Below, piece after piece: positions 1 through 13,320 of a DNA stretch of 64,000 bases. The translations under genes were made by a program, and so were the position numbers. Source of the stretch: Yuukianura sp. NJ FZ-2021 (taxonomy: Eukaryota); the NCBI GenBank assembly GCA_046563655.1, contig CM102286.1, forward strand, positions 1,054,001 to 1,118,000, read 5' to 3'. Below the pieces are notes generated by a model. It did not search any database. It was not told the DNA's origin and saw only the letters and a program-made list of their open reading frames with translations. Positions within the stretch are counted from its first letter, which is position 1; each line of letters opens with the position of its first letter.

Positions 1-200
1 CTAGCAACGAGGTTTTAGAGTTCGACAGCATGATTTGTAGGTTGTTGTATACAAAATTTCCAAGAATTTAAATTTTTTTTATTAAAATCTTGCACCGCAA
101 GGACATCGACTTGTAGAAACTGCGAACAAAAGGAACGTTGAAAATGGATGTCTCACACTATACTCAAAACATGCAATTTTATATTATAACGCTAAAACTG
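1..200. repeat. Diverged copy of the non-coding region upstream of the BVMO gene
   Basis: 1-150 (ctagcaacgaggttttagagttcgacagcatgatttgta...gcaaggacatcgactt) aligns with 5419-5655 (ctagcagcgagattttaaagttcgacaacatgatttgta...gcaaggacatcgactt). 163-200 (tcaaaacatgcaattt) resembles 6934-6970. Confidence 0.7.
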
Positions 201-399
201 CGCATGAGCTGAGAATTAAGACTCAACAAAACTGTTTAGACTCGCAATTGCAACTCAACCTGTGACTATGAATGGCTCGATTTTTTAATTTTTGTTGTAA
301 AAAAATCACAATTTGTTGTTCAGTTTCAACTTTAATGGTTTTAATTTTGTTGGAAAAAAAGTTGCTCAAGTGCAGCTATAAATTTCCAAAAAAAAAAAA

Positions 400-856
400 T
401 CCTTACGTATGTCTATGAAAATTCACGTGTTTGAATTTTGGTACAACTTTTGAAAACCTAAATTCAGCAAAACTCCAGTGGTTCTGGAGTTATAGACGCG
501 AATATCATGACCGATGCCATTAATTCAACTTCTAAGGTGTATATCTCCAGAACCCCAGGTCAAAGGTCAAGGTAACTTATACAAAAGTTGTTCGTCTTGA
601 TAAGATGAACAATTTTTGTAGGAGTCATTTTTTCGATTTCCGTCAAAATGTATATGACCTTGACCTTTGACCCTTAAGGGGTCTACTTCCGGTCAAAGCC
701 GTCACTGTTTGTACACCCCCAGACCACGTCAAGGTCATCTGTGAAGACGGACTGAAAATCTGTCCAGCGGTTCCAGAGCTAGCTTGACCAGCAGACGGAC
801 AGACAGACAGACTGGAGGAAAAACATAAAGTAGCTCCTACTTTCGCTACTTAATAA
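400..856 (-). mobile_element. DINE-1/HINE-like (Helentron-associated) non-autonomous element
   Basis: On the minus strand a terminal hairpin AAAGTAGC-n10-GCTACTTT (~827-852) is followed by a GTCY microsatellite (plus strand cagacggacagacagacagac, ~792-812) and a ctctggaaccgctggacagatttt core. This is the usual HINE layout. Left boundary is approximate. Confidence 0.55.
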
Positions 857-1440
857 TCAAATATGCTATGCTATGGAGTCAACCCTATAAATGTTGTGTA
901 TTGCAATCGTTTTCTCGGGAATATACAAGTATTAGATATTGACATTACAAAAATTTTGCCAAACAAACCTTTCGTTGCCTACAAAAAAGAAAAGAAACAG
1001 GTACCAACTAATTAAATTACTGAATGAGTTTAATTTCCTCCACTGAATTTAACAACAAAATTACTTGGCACTTCAATGTTTAATTTTCCAGAGGTCATCT
1101 GCAAAAGAATGTTTGTTCATCCGCTCAGAAAACATTTCGTCGGCTCGTATTCCTCGACAAGTAATTCTTTTTAAAATTCAACTCTGGCTTGTTTAGTAAT
1201 GTAAATGTTCTGTAAGTGTGAATGAAAACGAAAAAGTAGTTCGCCAGAGGCTGCTCAAAAGCATTTCTAGTGAAAGTTCAGCACGTTGAAATTCATCAGG
1301 CTTTTCCTGCGACTTCCCATTTCCAATGTTGGAAATCTTAAGAAGTAGCTGAATTCCCGCATAAGGTGACGTTGTAGGAATTCTATTTTGCTGGCTGTAG
1401 TGTGATATTGTCTTAATTAAATTGACAACATATAACATAT

Positions 1441-4023
1441 TTATTTAAAATCAAACAAAGTTGGATCCACTTTTCTGAGGGCTTTCCACATGTCGTAGCC
1501 ACTTCCGTGGAAAAGGAGAGGCTCCATTCCCTTGTTGTCGGAGAAAGTAGATGTACAAACTTCGTCTGTCCAAACTGTTTTTGAGAGACCACGCTCTCTT
1601 TCGGCGCTAAATTTTGATTCAGCTTCTGGTTTCAAATGAAATTCCTTTGAACCAGTTTCCATCATGTGCTTTAAAAGTTTAACGATGAAGTTAACTTGAG
1701 ACTCAAGAGGAAAGAGGGCTGAATTGTGCAGAACATGCTAAAAAGAAAAATTAAAATAAACAATTTAGCAAGAACCACCAGTGTGCCACCTTGCTGATTT
1801 CGCGCTTTATTCTTTTTGTCACAATGACATGTGACGGATTCCGTAAGAAATTATTTCAAATTAATTAATGAAATTTCAAATTATTTCAAATTAATGAAAC
1901 TTACGGATTGTGGTGCCAAAGTAAAAAATAAATTTTTGGCACTAGTGGTACAAACACCGTAGTAGTTTCGTGGATGGTCAGTTGTCCAAGCCTTCCAAAT
2001 GTCAATTCCATCTTGTCCGAGTACTGTAATAGGTCCGAAGTATTCTTGATATTTGAATCCAGTTGCCAAAACTAAAACCTATTATAACATAATAATAAAA
2101 TAGTAATATAATTAGTCAATTATATATTAATTTAATATGTTGAGTAATTTAGATTTACATCGAGTTGGACTTTTGTACCGTCACCAAGAATTAGACTGTC
2201 TTCAGTTACATGAGAAACTTCATCTCTGTAAATGTGGACATTTTTTGAGCAAAGCGATTTGAAATAATTATTGGAAGTTCCGAAGTTTCTGCAAAGCAGG
2301 GGGTTGTTTTTTGCCGGTTTTGTCAGTTTCATAACTTCCCGGTTTCCTCTGGTTGCGATTCGCGCGTACACGTTCCTTACAGATTTAACTGAGGTACAAA
2401 ACATTTAAGTTTTAACTTTCGTAGGTCAAGGTCAAAGGTCAAGTGAATTACTTGACTTGACTTACCTATTGCAGCTCTAACTCCAGTAGCTGGAGGAATT
2501 CCTACTAATGTGAACGCCGCGTCACAACCTACGAGTCCAACTTTTCTTTCCATTTTAGAAAAAATCGGAACTCTTCTTATAAGCCCGCGCATGCAACTGT
2601 TGTATTTGATGTCTCCAACCTTTGGACCCACCCAAATCGGTGTCCTTTGAACACAGTGTAGTTCACCAACATCTTTTACAATTGCCGGGATAACTTGAAT
2701 TGCACTTAGTCCGGATCCGATCACTCCGACGCGTTGACCTTTGAGGTCAACCGTGTCGTCCCACTGAGCGGTGTGCATCGTAAGACCTTTGAAAGCTTCA
2801 AACATCTTAGGAATGCTGGGATTCCACAAAATACCAACGCTGATGATTCTACGCATATGAATTTGAAAATCAATATTTCCATTTTTCCAAGATTTTGCGA
2901 TTCTATATAACGGTCTAATTTGGTCGGAAGTAAAATAAATCGAAAAGCCAATTGATTGATAATAAAAAGGTGGAAACATCAAATGGTCGACATGAAAAGG
3001 TCAAAAAATAAGAGAGTCATTCAAAAAAGTCAAAAGATAATTCTTGAAAATTCTATTTCCTCTTATATTTAAGTAACCTTATGCGCGCCTTAGGCGTGTA
3101 CAATTCTTATTATCTATTGATTACATGAAAAAGAAATATTCATGTAACATGTGAAATTCACATTGTTAATTATAATCTTAATTAACTAATCTTACAAAGA
3201 AGGTAGGTGTGGCCGCCATCTATGGATTTCGGAATCAGAATCTTCGCCAAGGAATTGATAGAAAAAATAACAATTAATACTAAAACATGTCAGCCCTCTT
3301 TTTCGACTTTTTCATGCTTCGACCATTGTGTGTTGCGAATATTTTACTTATGATCTATTAACTTTTAGACCGTTTTATATTTCTAACTTTTTACATTGCG
3401 ACCAATTCACTTCCAATCAGTTCACTTTTCGACCTTTTTACTTCCCACGTTATCACTGCGACCTTGTTACTTCCGACAAAATTGTTTCGACCTGATACCT
3501 GCTATAATTTTACTTACACAAAGTCAAAGTCAGTAGAGATGGTTTGTTGCGTTTCCAAGTCTGTGTATGTAACTTTCCAATTTTGAAGTTTTTCGTTCCA
3601 AATGGCAGAAGTGACTTGCGTCTTTGCTTTCAAGTGGCTGTACAAGTCATACTTTCTTGCAGTACTGCGCATGTACTCAAGTATTTCATGCTGTTTGGCA
3701 TAGACATGTGACCATTCTGTTGTGGACAATTTTCAATTTGTGGATTTTGCTATTGCTCAATTTTCAAAAGAAATTTTTTTTTAAATTTTACCTAAATTTA
3801 CTTCAAATGACCAACTGTACATACAGGATGGGATGTCACATGCTGCTCCGGGATAAGTATTTACCAACCAAGCTCCGCCCACATCACAATTTTTTTCAAA
3901 AATTGTGAACTTTTCCAATCCCAATTTCCGTTTAAGTTGAATTGCAGTCGTGAGACCTCCAAATCCAGCGCCGATTATACAAATCGTTGGTGTACTTCCG
4001 TCACTAAACGTAGTTGGAGGCAT
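1441..4023 (-). CDS. Type I Baeyer-Villiger / flavin-containing monooxygenase, 6 exons, ~504 aa
   Basis: Exons 4023-3792, 3716-3518, 2848-2466, 2388-2159, 2078-1905, 1737-1441 are all GT-AG, total 1515 nt in frame. Motifs: GAGFGG (FAD), GGAWLVNTYPGAACDIPS, BVMO fingerprint FKGLTMHTAQWD (FxGxxxHxxxWD), GVIGSGLSAIQ (NADPH), QRTP, LATGF. Confidence 0.92.
2900..3495. mobile_element. Decayed foldback-type MITE in BVMO intron 2
   Basis: The left arm carries ggtcg-type units and the right arm their complements: tataacggtctaa (~2906) vs ttagaccgttttata (~3365), and atggtcgacatgaaaaggtcaaaaa vs ttttcgactttttcatgcttcgaccat. Central hairpin gcgcgccttaggcgtg at ~3083. Explains why this intron is 669 nt while the others are 75-167 nt. 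Confidence 0.55.
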
Positions 4024-7000
4024 AGTGACTGCGCAGAAATTTTATGATTTTCCTTAAACACAATTTAACTTTTTTGAAATTTCACTTTTTCAAAATTTAA
4101 TACAGCTCACTTTGCCTTCAGTACTTTAAATGTAAAAAATTGAGTAGATCACACTTTTATAAGAAGTCGCACACAAAGGCGATTTCCGTTCGACTGATTT
4201 TTTGAATATTCCGTGACTGAGCTTTACCCGTTGCATATAATCTCATTAAAAATAACTTACATATAAGAAGTAAGGAAGCTTTCATGTTTTTGCACATTTT
4301 CAAAACAAAAGTTCTGGCAAAAATAGTGGAATTTTTGGTTCGCAAGGGATTTCCAGGCTTGATTCAAAACTGATAATTTTCTGGTTGCGAGAAATAAACT
4401 TGATACTTAAATTGGAGCGCATTAGATTTCAGTATTGCAAAAAAAAAAAAAGAATAAGACACATTAAACTGCTAATTAAGCTCAGATTAACATTTGAGAC
4501 TATGACAACAACTATTTTCACACACATAATTGTTTACCTTAGAAGGAAAAGATAGAAAAAAGAGCCTAAGCGTTGCCAACTTCTCATTTGTTTTCCCAAA
4601 GAAAGACACAACTTAGAAAAAAAAAATTGAAATATGAGTATTTCCAGTTTAAAAAAAATTGTTTTGATTTTAGACCAATTTGAAAAAGGTGCTTCAAAGA
4701 AAACCACCAACATCTAACTTAATGTCCTTCTTCAAAAATTATCATAGTATATTTTCAGCTTTCTCCAAATATTGTCCAACTTATGCAGCTTCTAATTAGC
4801 ATTAACTGTAACGTTAATAACAAAAATGACACGCAAAGTATCGGTTTTGATGATTAAAACCATTTTCAAAAAGTATTGACTTTCTAACAGAGCTTCAGCA
4901 AACTCTTTTGAAAGAAAAACATTCACAAAAATGAAAAATATACAATGCTATTGTAGTAGTTTTGCAAACATTGCTGAAATAACTAGAATTTTAGAAAAAG
5001 TTGTAAGTTTTTGGATCCACGTGAGCGGAAACTTCTGCCTCCTTCAAAATTCCATTTTCTGTAAAAATACACCAAACGAAGAAAAATTTGATTTGAGTTA
5101 ATTAATGAGAAAATAAAATTTAATTACGCTGATTTAAAATCTTAGTTCGATCTTTTTGATCTTAGTTAAGACGTAATTGTTGTATTTTCCATAAATTTCC
5201 AAAGCTATTTAGTATACCGCTGATTTTAAACAAAAGAATGTACCAGTTTATACGTTTGAAGTTCTGAGAATAATTATCTGAAAAAATAACAATTTTTGGG
5301 AAAAATGTCTTACGTAGCAACAAAGGAGTAATTAACATGCAATGCAACTGGAAAATCCATTAAATTCATTCAAGAGATACACAACTGCCTTCTCAAGCTC
5401 TCCAATTTAGAATAAATACTAGCAGCGAGATTTTAAAGTTCGACAACATGATTTGTATTGTTGTCTACAAAATTTCCAAAAATTTATACTTTTTAGTAGA
5501 ATTTTGAACCGCAAGGACATCGACTTATATCGAAACTCAAAACTTTGTTTCGTCCGACACAACAAGTCTAAGCTCTTGTGTGGTTTTGAAGTTTTGTCTC
5601 TCGGGAGTGTGGGAAAGTGCGAACTGTGAACAAAACGAACTTTGGAAATGGATCTGTTCCTCGTTGGTTTTGCACAAGAAATGTTAGATCATGTTAGACC
5701 AAAGTAAGCTGCTTTCTCCACTTCCTTTTTGTACTGAACAAAACAAGCAATGCATAAAGTCCGCATTTTCCCACAACAATTTCCCTTGGCAATTTATTTC
5801 CATTAACTAAATTTCCAAAAGTCTCCAGAAAGTGCTGGAAAACCATTCCATCTTCCTTTGGAAAATGCTTAATCTCCATTCAAATTCTTCTGCTCCATCA
5901 TCATTTACTTCCAGCACAGAAGACAATGAAACCGCCAAAAATTAATTATGCAACATACTCAAGCATCTTCGTTTTAAAAACAAGAGAAAAGAGGCAAAAA
6001 ATATTTTTTTCCCCATACTATTTCTAAATTTCAAAAATTCAAATAGCTCCAGAAGATCCAAAATTTGCTCCGACTTCTTTAAAAGAAATTGGTCTCAGGA
6101 AAAGTAGTGTTTTATTTTTAAAATGTAGAGCTCCTAATGATCTTTATCTAAAAGTGACACACTACAAGGAATTCCACTTAAATGTAATTAGGAAACACAA
6201 AAGCTTAGTTTTTGTAAACTTTGTGTAACATTTGTAAACCTGTCTCATTCCACCACTCACAAAAACATCAATTAAGTAAACACTGCAAGGAAGAGGTGTA
6301 ATTCTCTAGAAACCTTTGCAGTTTCTAGAATTTGACCTTATTTGACCTCGAATGTCAAACTTAGGAAACTTAGGTGCTAGAAACAGACAAAGGATAGACA
6401 ATGCACGCCTTTTCGTGTTTTGTTGAAAAGAGAGAAAATTGAAGCTGTTTTGAAAGAACAGATTCTTTCAAAAATCTGAACAATAAGTTCTCTTGAAAGG
6501 AACAAAAGAAAGATAGACACGAGAAAGTGATTTGTAAGAGAAAATTAGACAACTTTTGTTAACTTTCTCTTTTCAAAAAACAAAAATAAGTTTTGCCTGT
6601 CTCGTTTATTTGAAAATGCGAAAGTTTTTTTTTTTTTTACATCAAAATTAATTTCTCACACATTTCTGCAGTAAACATCAGAATTATAGAAATTTTCAGG
6701 AAATAATAAAAAAAAATTATTGTCTGTAGGCCTTTTGTTATGGTAGGTTGGAATTTTTCAAGGTTTTAACTTTTTAATCTGATTTAACTTTTTCAGAAAC
6801 AAAACAGGAACAGAAAAAAATTTCGTTAAATTTTATAAAAAGTAATCAAGTTGCACGCAAAGTCCTTGGAAATTGCAAGTTGGAAAAGCGGAAACTGAGT
6901 GGTGTGGTAATCGACATGATCATGAGAAGCCATAATCAAAACATGCAATTTAAACTTTAAGCCTCAAACTACAGTTTCGTGACCTAAGTTTCTAGATTCT

Positions 7001-9917
7001 AGAACGAAAAAAATAGTCTAGAAAAACTAATCTAAAAAAATATTGTTTACGAAAACCTAGCCTAACATTCTTCAAAAAAGAAACCCGGGGACGTCCAATC
7101 ACAGAAATGCTCTAGGCAATATCAAATCATGTTCTTACTCAAATCATACCATGTTCAATTTCTATCAAGAAGGGAGTAACTACAACATCGATCACTTTTC
7201 CATGTCTACCTTGTCCAATTTCCTTTACGTTTCAAACGAGAGCAAAAAAAGTTGAGTTGAAATAAAAAAAGGAAAACCAGATTTCAATTTGAGTTGGAAA
7301 CTGTATCTTGCTTTTTCTTAGAAGAAATAATGGAGAAAGTGTGGAAAATAAGAATAGGATTTCCAAGTATTTGCTCATCCTCCTTGCATCCAATCGAAAC
7401 TAACAAGTTTAAGCGGGAAATTTGAAAAGAGAAAGTTTCAAATGAAATCCAAAGTGAGTTTGACTCTAGGCGACAACGAGACAACCAATTCTCGCAAATT
7501 GAAAGAAAAGTTTTCCAAAAAAGAAGCTGAAAAGTGAAATTCAACTGGAAACGGATTCTAGCTTCTCATTTGAGTCAATTTAAACCTTTGTTAAATTTAT
7601 TACATAGAAACTTTTTTTTCCTTAAAATGAATATTTCTGTGAACATGAAGTTCTGCTCATCTGCAGGTCGCCGAGATTGACATTTTGGGATCGAAGTTTC
7701 AAATTTTGTGTGCTTTTCAACAAGTTTCATAAAATTTTGAAAAAGCGGCAAGTTTAATACACTATGTTGTCACGTTTTGTTTATTCAAACCACACGTACG
7801 TGACTCCATTTTTAAAATTGCAAAACAAAGACAGGTCAAGGTCACGTCGCAGGAAGTCCGGTTAGCTCGTGCAGAATTGAAACGGAATTAATTAAAAACC
7901 AAACCGAAAAAGTGACAACTAAGGTTGAATCCAATTTGCCAATTCCACGAAAACACGAAATGTAGCTCTGCTTGTAGTCAGTTTTGAAAGGAATTTTAAA
8001 ACGGACTTGATGGCGGCAGTGCTAATGTTAGAGAAAGGAGATGACAGGATACAAGGTTTCTGGATCGTGAAGTGGACAGGTCATGTTTAATTCAAATGCT
8101 TTAGTTTCCATGCCAAATCCAATTTAAATGGAGAAAGTTCGCGGAAATGAAACGGAATTAAAAGAGAAAGTCACTCCCTGCTTCTGTTCCGTTCGGTGTA
8201 ACTTATTTTCAAAATTTCCCAGACTTTTGGATATAGTCATTTCCTTTTCAAATTAATTGGAATCCTTCCAAAAACTGGTTCAAATATCCATTTATACCAC
8301 CTGATGAGATGTGCGGAATTGGATCATGTTAACCTAGTTGAAACTTTCTTGTTAAAAAGCGATTAAGATTTCTGAATGTGCAAGTTTTCAAAATAAAACA
8401 TAAATTTTTCTCATGCGAAAAATGAATGAACACTGAAGTTTTACTAAAAATGGAACAAGAATCAACTTTCGTTTCTGCCTTTCCTTTTTAGTCGACAATT
8501 ACACGTGCTGAGAAAACTAAATTCCGTCGGAACATGTTAGCGAAATTGAATTTTTCGCTTTTTCATTCATTTCTACAAAAAAAAAGTTTCTAAAAAAAAA
8601 TAAACACATGTTCGGTTTAGTTCTATTTTTTTTGTTTGAATTTGAATAACAAACGAAGAAAGGAAGAGAGAAAAGGAAATAGCTAAAAGAAACTCTATTA
8701 TTGTCAAAAAAAAACGAGAAATCCATTGGCAGGAAATTTAAAAGATCTCAATCAGTCGAACGAACACAAAACTTCATTTTTGTTCGCTTTTAAAAAAACC
8801 CCATTTCTAAAAATTTCTTGCTGACTTTCTTACAACTCTTTGAAACTTTTCAAAAATGGTGCTTTTCCAGTCCCGAACCAGGAGAAAGCATTGATTAATC
8901 CTTTCCTTTTTACTCACTTTTTCAAAAAAAGATCGAAAAGGATTTGGAAAACGAACTTTCCTTCTAAGAAATCGAAGTGATCAGGATGAATCTGTCTTAA
9001 TTAAGCTCCTCATTTGCGCCATCCAAACTATTCAGACATCCTCTTCATCTCAGTCTTTGTGATTGATTTCTTTCAAAAGAAAAATCTCAAAAAAGGCACA
9101 AGATTTAGAAAATCCTTTTAAATGGATTTTTTTTATACAGTTAATCGCATTAGGCGTTTCAGTTAAAGTTCATCCAAGCGTCTAATCTTTCACTTTCACT
9201 TCAAAAACGTCAATAATTCAACAATTTTTACCTTCAAACGACTCCACACCTAAATCTGCTTTGCAGTAGTTCCAAAATTTTGAAACTTTGACTTTTTTTA
9301 TTTTAATAAAAAAGTGAAGAAGCGAAGAAAGTTTTCGTTGTTCTTTGTGTTCATAAATATTTTACTTTTTTCATAATGGTGACATGTGGACATAAAATTG
9401 TGCTATAAATCATTGTTTGTCTTCGTTACAAATTTTTTTTTTTGGACGGGGTGTGAAAAAAGTGAAGATGTTCGGACACAGCGGAAGTATTGGAGAGAAT
9501 GTAATTGCTTTTAATATCATCGGAACTGAAAAAGATGTTGGTTGTCATTGAGAATGAACGGGCATGACACATGTCACGGATGCGAAAAAGCATCCCCTTG
9601 TGTCAGGACACAAAACATGTCACGGAAATGTGTCACTTCCTATTGTACTTTCACTTCGTCTTGACACTAACATGTAAAAGTATAATCTAAAAAAACTAAT
9701 CTAATAATAAGTTGATCAACTTTAGTCTCTTAACTGATCTCATAAAAAAAGAGAGTGAAAAAAAATTAACATTTTCGATAACCCTCAATAACAAAAATGG
9801 CGTTCGTGGTGAAAAAAAAAACATTTCTATTTTTTCTTGTAAAGTAGTTTTTTTTTTCTTCTTATTGAAGTTTTTGTATGTCAAAGGTGAAATTTTGGTT
9901 CAAATTTCTTAAATTTT

Positions 9918-11892
9918 TCAGAAGACGTGGCTAAGTCTGCGTGGTTTGGGTGGGTGCATGCTGATTATGGTGAGCCTGGTTGTTCCTTCAACTACTGGAA
10001 CAGCAGAGGGTGGAGGAGCAGGCTGCGCAAAATGAGTAATTTTTTTCTTGCTCTGCGCATTACAAACTTTCTCCAAGCCACAACATATCAAAGAAACTGT
10101 AAGCAGTAGAGCAGTAATACAAAATATGCCAGCATATTGCTGAAGTGAAAGCGACATTGGACTTTCAACTTTCCGATACTCCCTGAGCACAACACTTGAA
10201 TTTAAAATTCCCGCTGCAACAAGTTGGAGTCCAAAGGAACTCAACTTTTTAAAAAACAAAGGATCCAAGGACATCAAACTTTTGTCCAAGGTCAAAACGA
10301 CGCCTTGAATCAATGGCTTTTCGAATGGCTCCATTTTGAATTTGAGTGGATGGGATTTTTGAAAGTCAATTAGATTTTCCTTCGGGCCAAGCAAAAAAGT
10401 TTGTTCACCTGAACAGTTTGGAGAAAGTTTGAAATTTGGAGGCAAGCACGAAAAAGTTTTCGGGTTTTTCAAAATTTTATTAAAAATTGGATCGTCTTTT
10501 CTGAATCCAAAATCCTGGCTGAATTGAGTTTTTTCCAGAAACATTTCTTGGCAAACAGGGTCACCCGAGGTCACTGGGAAAGTTCGCTGAATTACTTCAG
10601 GAAGCAAGTAAATTGAAGCGTCATTTTCAAGTTCATTTGTTAGGTTAGATGTGTATGTCCAAATAGAATCGTTGCGCATGCTCTGTGCAACTTTTTGTTT
10701 ATAAGTATTTGACAAAATAAGTGCCGCGAAAAGCCACAGAATATAAAATTTTGAAAACAAATTCCAGCTGATATGGTTTCTAAACTTTTTGGAAATCCAA
10801 GCACGATGTTTCACAGAAATTGAGAAAATAAGAAGCCAAGCGGAATCAGGAGTTTTGGGAGTTTGAAATTTCCACTTAAATAGAAATACAGTCAACATTG
10901 CAAAACTTGCCACAGTGAACCATACGATCCAATCAAAGGGAGCTGAATAAATTTGAAATTGGCGCGAGTCAAAAATAGAGTTTCTACAAATCGGTGCCAA
11001 TGTTGCATAAGTTTTTACATCGTATGGAACAAAGTGCACATGATCTGAAAACTTGGAATTTGCAAAACTGTCGAGGCTCGCAGTTGAAATGGAAACTGTG
11101 ACTTCCAGGGCGGCGACTTTTGAAATTTTGTTGTAGAAAGTTGCAATCTGTTTATGAATTGCAACCTCAGTTGCTTGAATTTTGACGGAAAACGAATTTT
11201 GTAGTCGATCTTCAAGTTCCCAAAGGAACTCCTCTGGTATGCCTATTAAAAGTTCAAAGGTTTGAATTTTGGCCAAATTTTCAAAACACAAATTCAACAA
11301 ATTTTGTGGTTGCTAAAATCTCACCTCTAAATTTGTGCAGCAAGACTTTTTTTGGTTTGAAAATAGTAAAATTTCCAGCTTTCGCTACCAGAGTTGCCTC
11401 AACTTGAATGTTCGAAATTTCATTTTCTTCGTATTTAATTTCAATTGTCGGAAGAGTCAACGATAAGTGGCTAGAAAGTCCGTGGTCTTGCTTAAATTCT
11501 TTTGGCGCCAAATTCAGATTTTGATTTGGCACAACCTGAATCACTGTCGTGGGAATATTCAAATATGTCTTCGTATGCCTCAAGCCTCTAAAAAGCTGTC
11601 TATTAGAATAATTTTCTCTCGAGTGCACGAGTATTAAATATTGACATTTGGTGACCTTTCGGGCCGAGGTCACTGGCAGTTTATTTAAAAATGCCAATTC
11701 ACTATTATATATTGTTAGTGGTTTGTATTTTGGAGACTCAAAATCCATAATTTTATAAAAAATTAAATGTAGAGCACAATATGGTCTGGATTGTGGCAAA
11801 AATAAGTCCAAAATCATTTTCCCGCTGTTAAAATTAACACTGTCGCTTGAGTTTTGCAGCCCACTCAACCCTAATGCTATTAGGCTCCACAT
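9918..11892 (-). CDS. Divergent ionotropic receptor (IR/iGluR-like), 2 exons, ~630 aa
   Basis: Exons 11892-11325 and 11242-9918 (AGAG|gtgaga...aatag|GC), 1893 nt in frame. Pre-M1/M1 APFDWIVW, M3-like ALILSNTYKQKV, pre-M4/M4 MSLSLQQYAGIFCITALLL. Confidence 0.75.
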
Positions 11893-12445
11893 TTTGTATT
11901 AAAAATTGTTGACTTTGAAACTCAATGACTTCAGTTTAGACAGTTTTCAGAAAGCTCCTTGTTAGACTAAAATGAAAAATAGGCCAACCGTGAATTCAGA
12001 CATGGCAACCTTCAAACCAGAAAAAAATTGCGTGTTACACGAAATGTTCCAACAGAATTTTCAAAATTTGAATTTTATTTTGCTTTATATCTGACCGACT
12101 GTCGCTTGAAAACATGCTCCAATATTTTATAGTTAAAAAAAACTCAAAATCAGAATTATGTTGTTCTAATTTTTTTTTTGTATTTAGAGTAATAAAAGCT
12201 TTTCCGGAAAACAACAGCAGTGTGACTCACTTTTTTTACCGAGATTTTTCCAAAACTCAATAAAGCAATTCCAAAATCTATTTGAAAAATGGGGTTACAA
12301 AATTCCCGCGGGAAATCCGGGATACTGCGGTATGATCCAATTATACATTTTGCGGTAAAGATTTGTGTATTTAGATGCGCTTCCTGACAAATTCCACAAT
12401 CAAGCTGTATCATTACTTGAACTTAAACTTTTTGAGAAGAAAGAC

Positions 12446-13136
12446 ATGGCAAAATTCCGTGTAAGTAAAACTTCGAGATGGGGTGTTTAAAATTTCAAAA
12501 TTTATAAAATATTCATTTACTCCGTGAAATTCAAAGGTTGCCGTTCTGCTGCTTGCTTTGCTGGCTGTGCAAAATGTGTTTGTCAGTGCACAAGACGATG
12601 ATGAAGCGAAAGTAGATGATAGCAACGATGCTGACGCTGCACAGGAAGATGAAGCCGATTTGAGCGAAGATCAGGAGCAGGACATGGACAGTGGAGATGA
12701 CGATGACGACAGGGTTCGCCGAAATACTTATGGTAATGGCGGAAATTTTGGAAACCAAGGAGGTCAAAGTTCATACGGCGGAGGTCGTGGAGTTCAAAGT
12801 CAAGGAGGGTGGGGCCAAGGGAGCAGTCATGGAAAAAACAGTTACGGACGACCAGGGGAACACGGGGGTCAATTTGGTCGAAACAATTATGGCGGAGGAG
12901 GTCAAGGTCATATCGGTCGAAACCAATACGGAAGAGGTGGTCAAGGTCAATTTGGTCGAAATCAATATGGTGGAGGAGGTCAAGGTCAATTTGGTCGAAA
13001 TCAATACGGCAGAGAAGGTCAAGGTCAATTTGGTCGAAATCAGTATGGCGGAGGAGGCCAAGGTCAATTTGGTCGAAATCAGTATGGGAGTGGGGGTCAC
13101 CAGCATGGTGGGGCAGGAAGGGGGTACGGCGGATAA
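12446..13136 (+). CDS. Secreted prepro-protein: signal peptide, acidic pro-region, RVRR site, Gly/Gln/Tyr-rich repeats; 204 aa
   Basis: Exon 12446-12460 (MAKFR|gtaagt) joins 12537-13136 in frame. Hydrophobic leader VAVLLLALLAVQNVFVSA, D/E-rich segment, RVRR, then 13-aa repeats. Confidence 0.85.
12866..13090 (+). repeat. 39-bp coding tandem repeat (GQGQFGRNQYGGG), 5-6 units
   Basis: Unit ggtcaaggtcaatttggtcgaaatcaatatggtggagga recurs with mostly third-position changes. Confidence 0.9.
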
Positions 13137-13320
13137 AGTTCGTGGTGAGAAGGGGTTCAGGCAGGCGGAAGTTGGGGTCGCGGTGGGGGCGGAAGCGGAA
13201 GACTGGGGCTTGAAACCGGGAAAAAGTGTTAAAATAACAATCAATAAAAAAAGTAGACGAAATAGCTTACTAAATTTACAAACTTCCTGTTTAGTAAACA
13301 TTTGTGGATCAAATTCTTGT

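Noticed and set aside
1021..1438. ORF 1193-1438 directly after the BVMO stop
   Set aside because: No recognisable homology, multiple stops in the continuation, likely 3' flank.
4100..9900. Protein-like short ORFs (5694-5879, 7284-7544 and others)
   Set aside because: No consistent splice model or recognisable motif could be built. Left unannotated.
11243..11324. Apparent frameshift between the two ORFs of the first IR
   Set aside because: An 82-nt GT-AG intron joins them in frame.
12723..13136. Springtail-type Gly-X-X antifreeze protein or collagen
   Set aside because: Period is 13 aa with bulky F/Y/R and no strict tripeptide Gly spacing.
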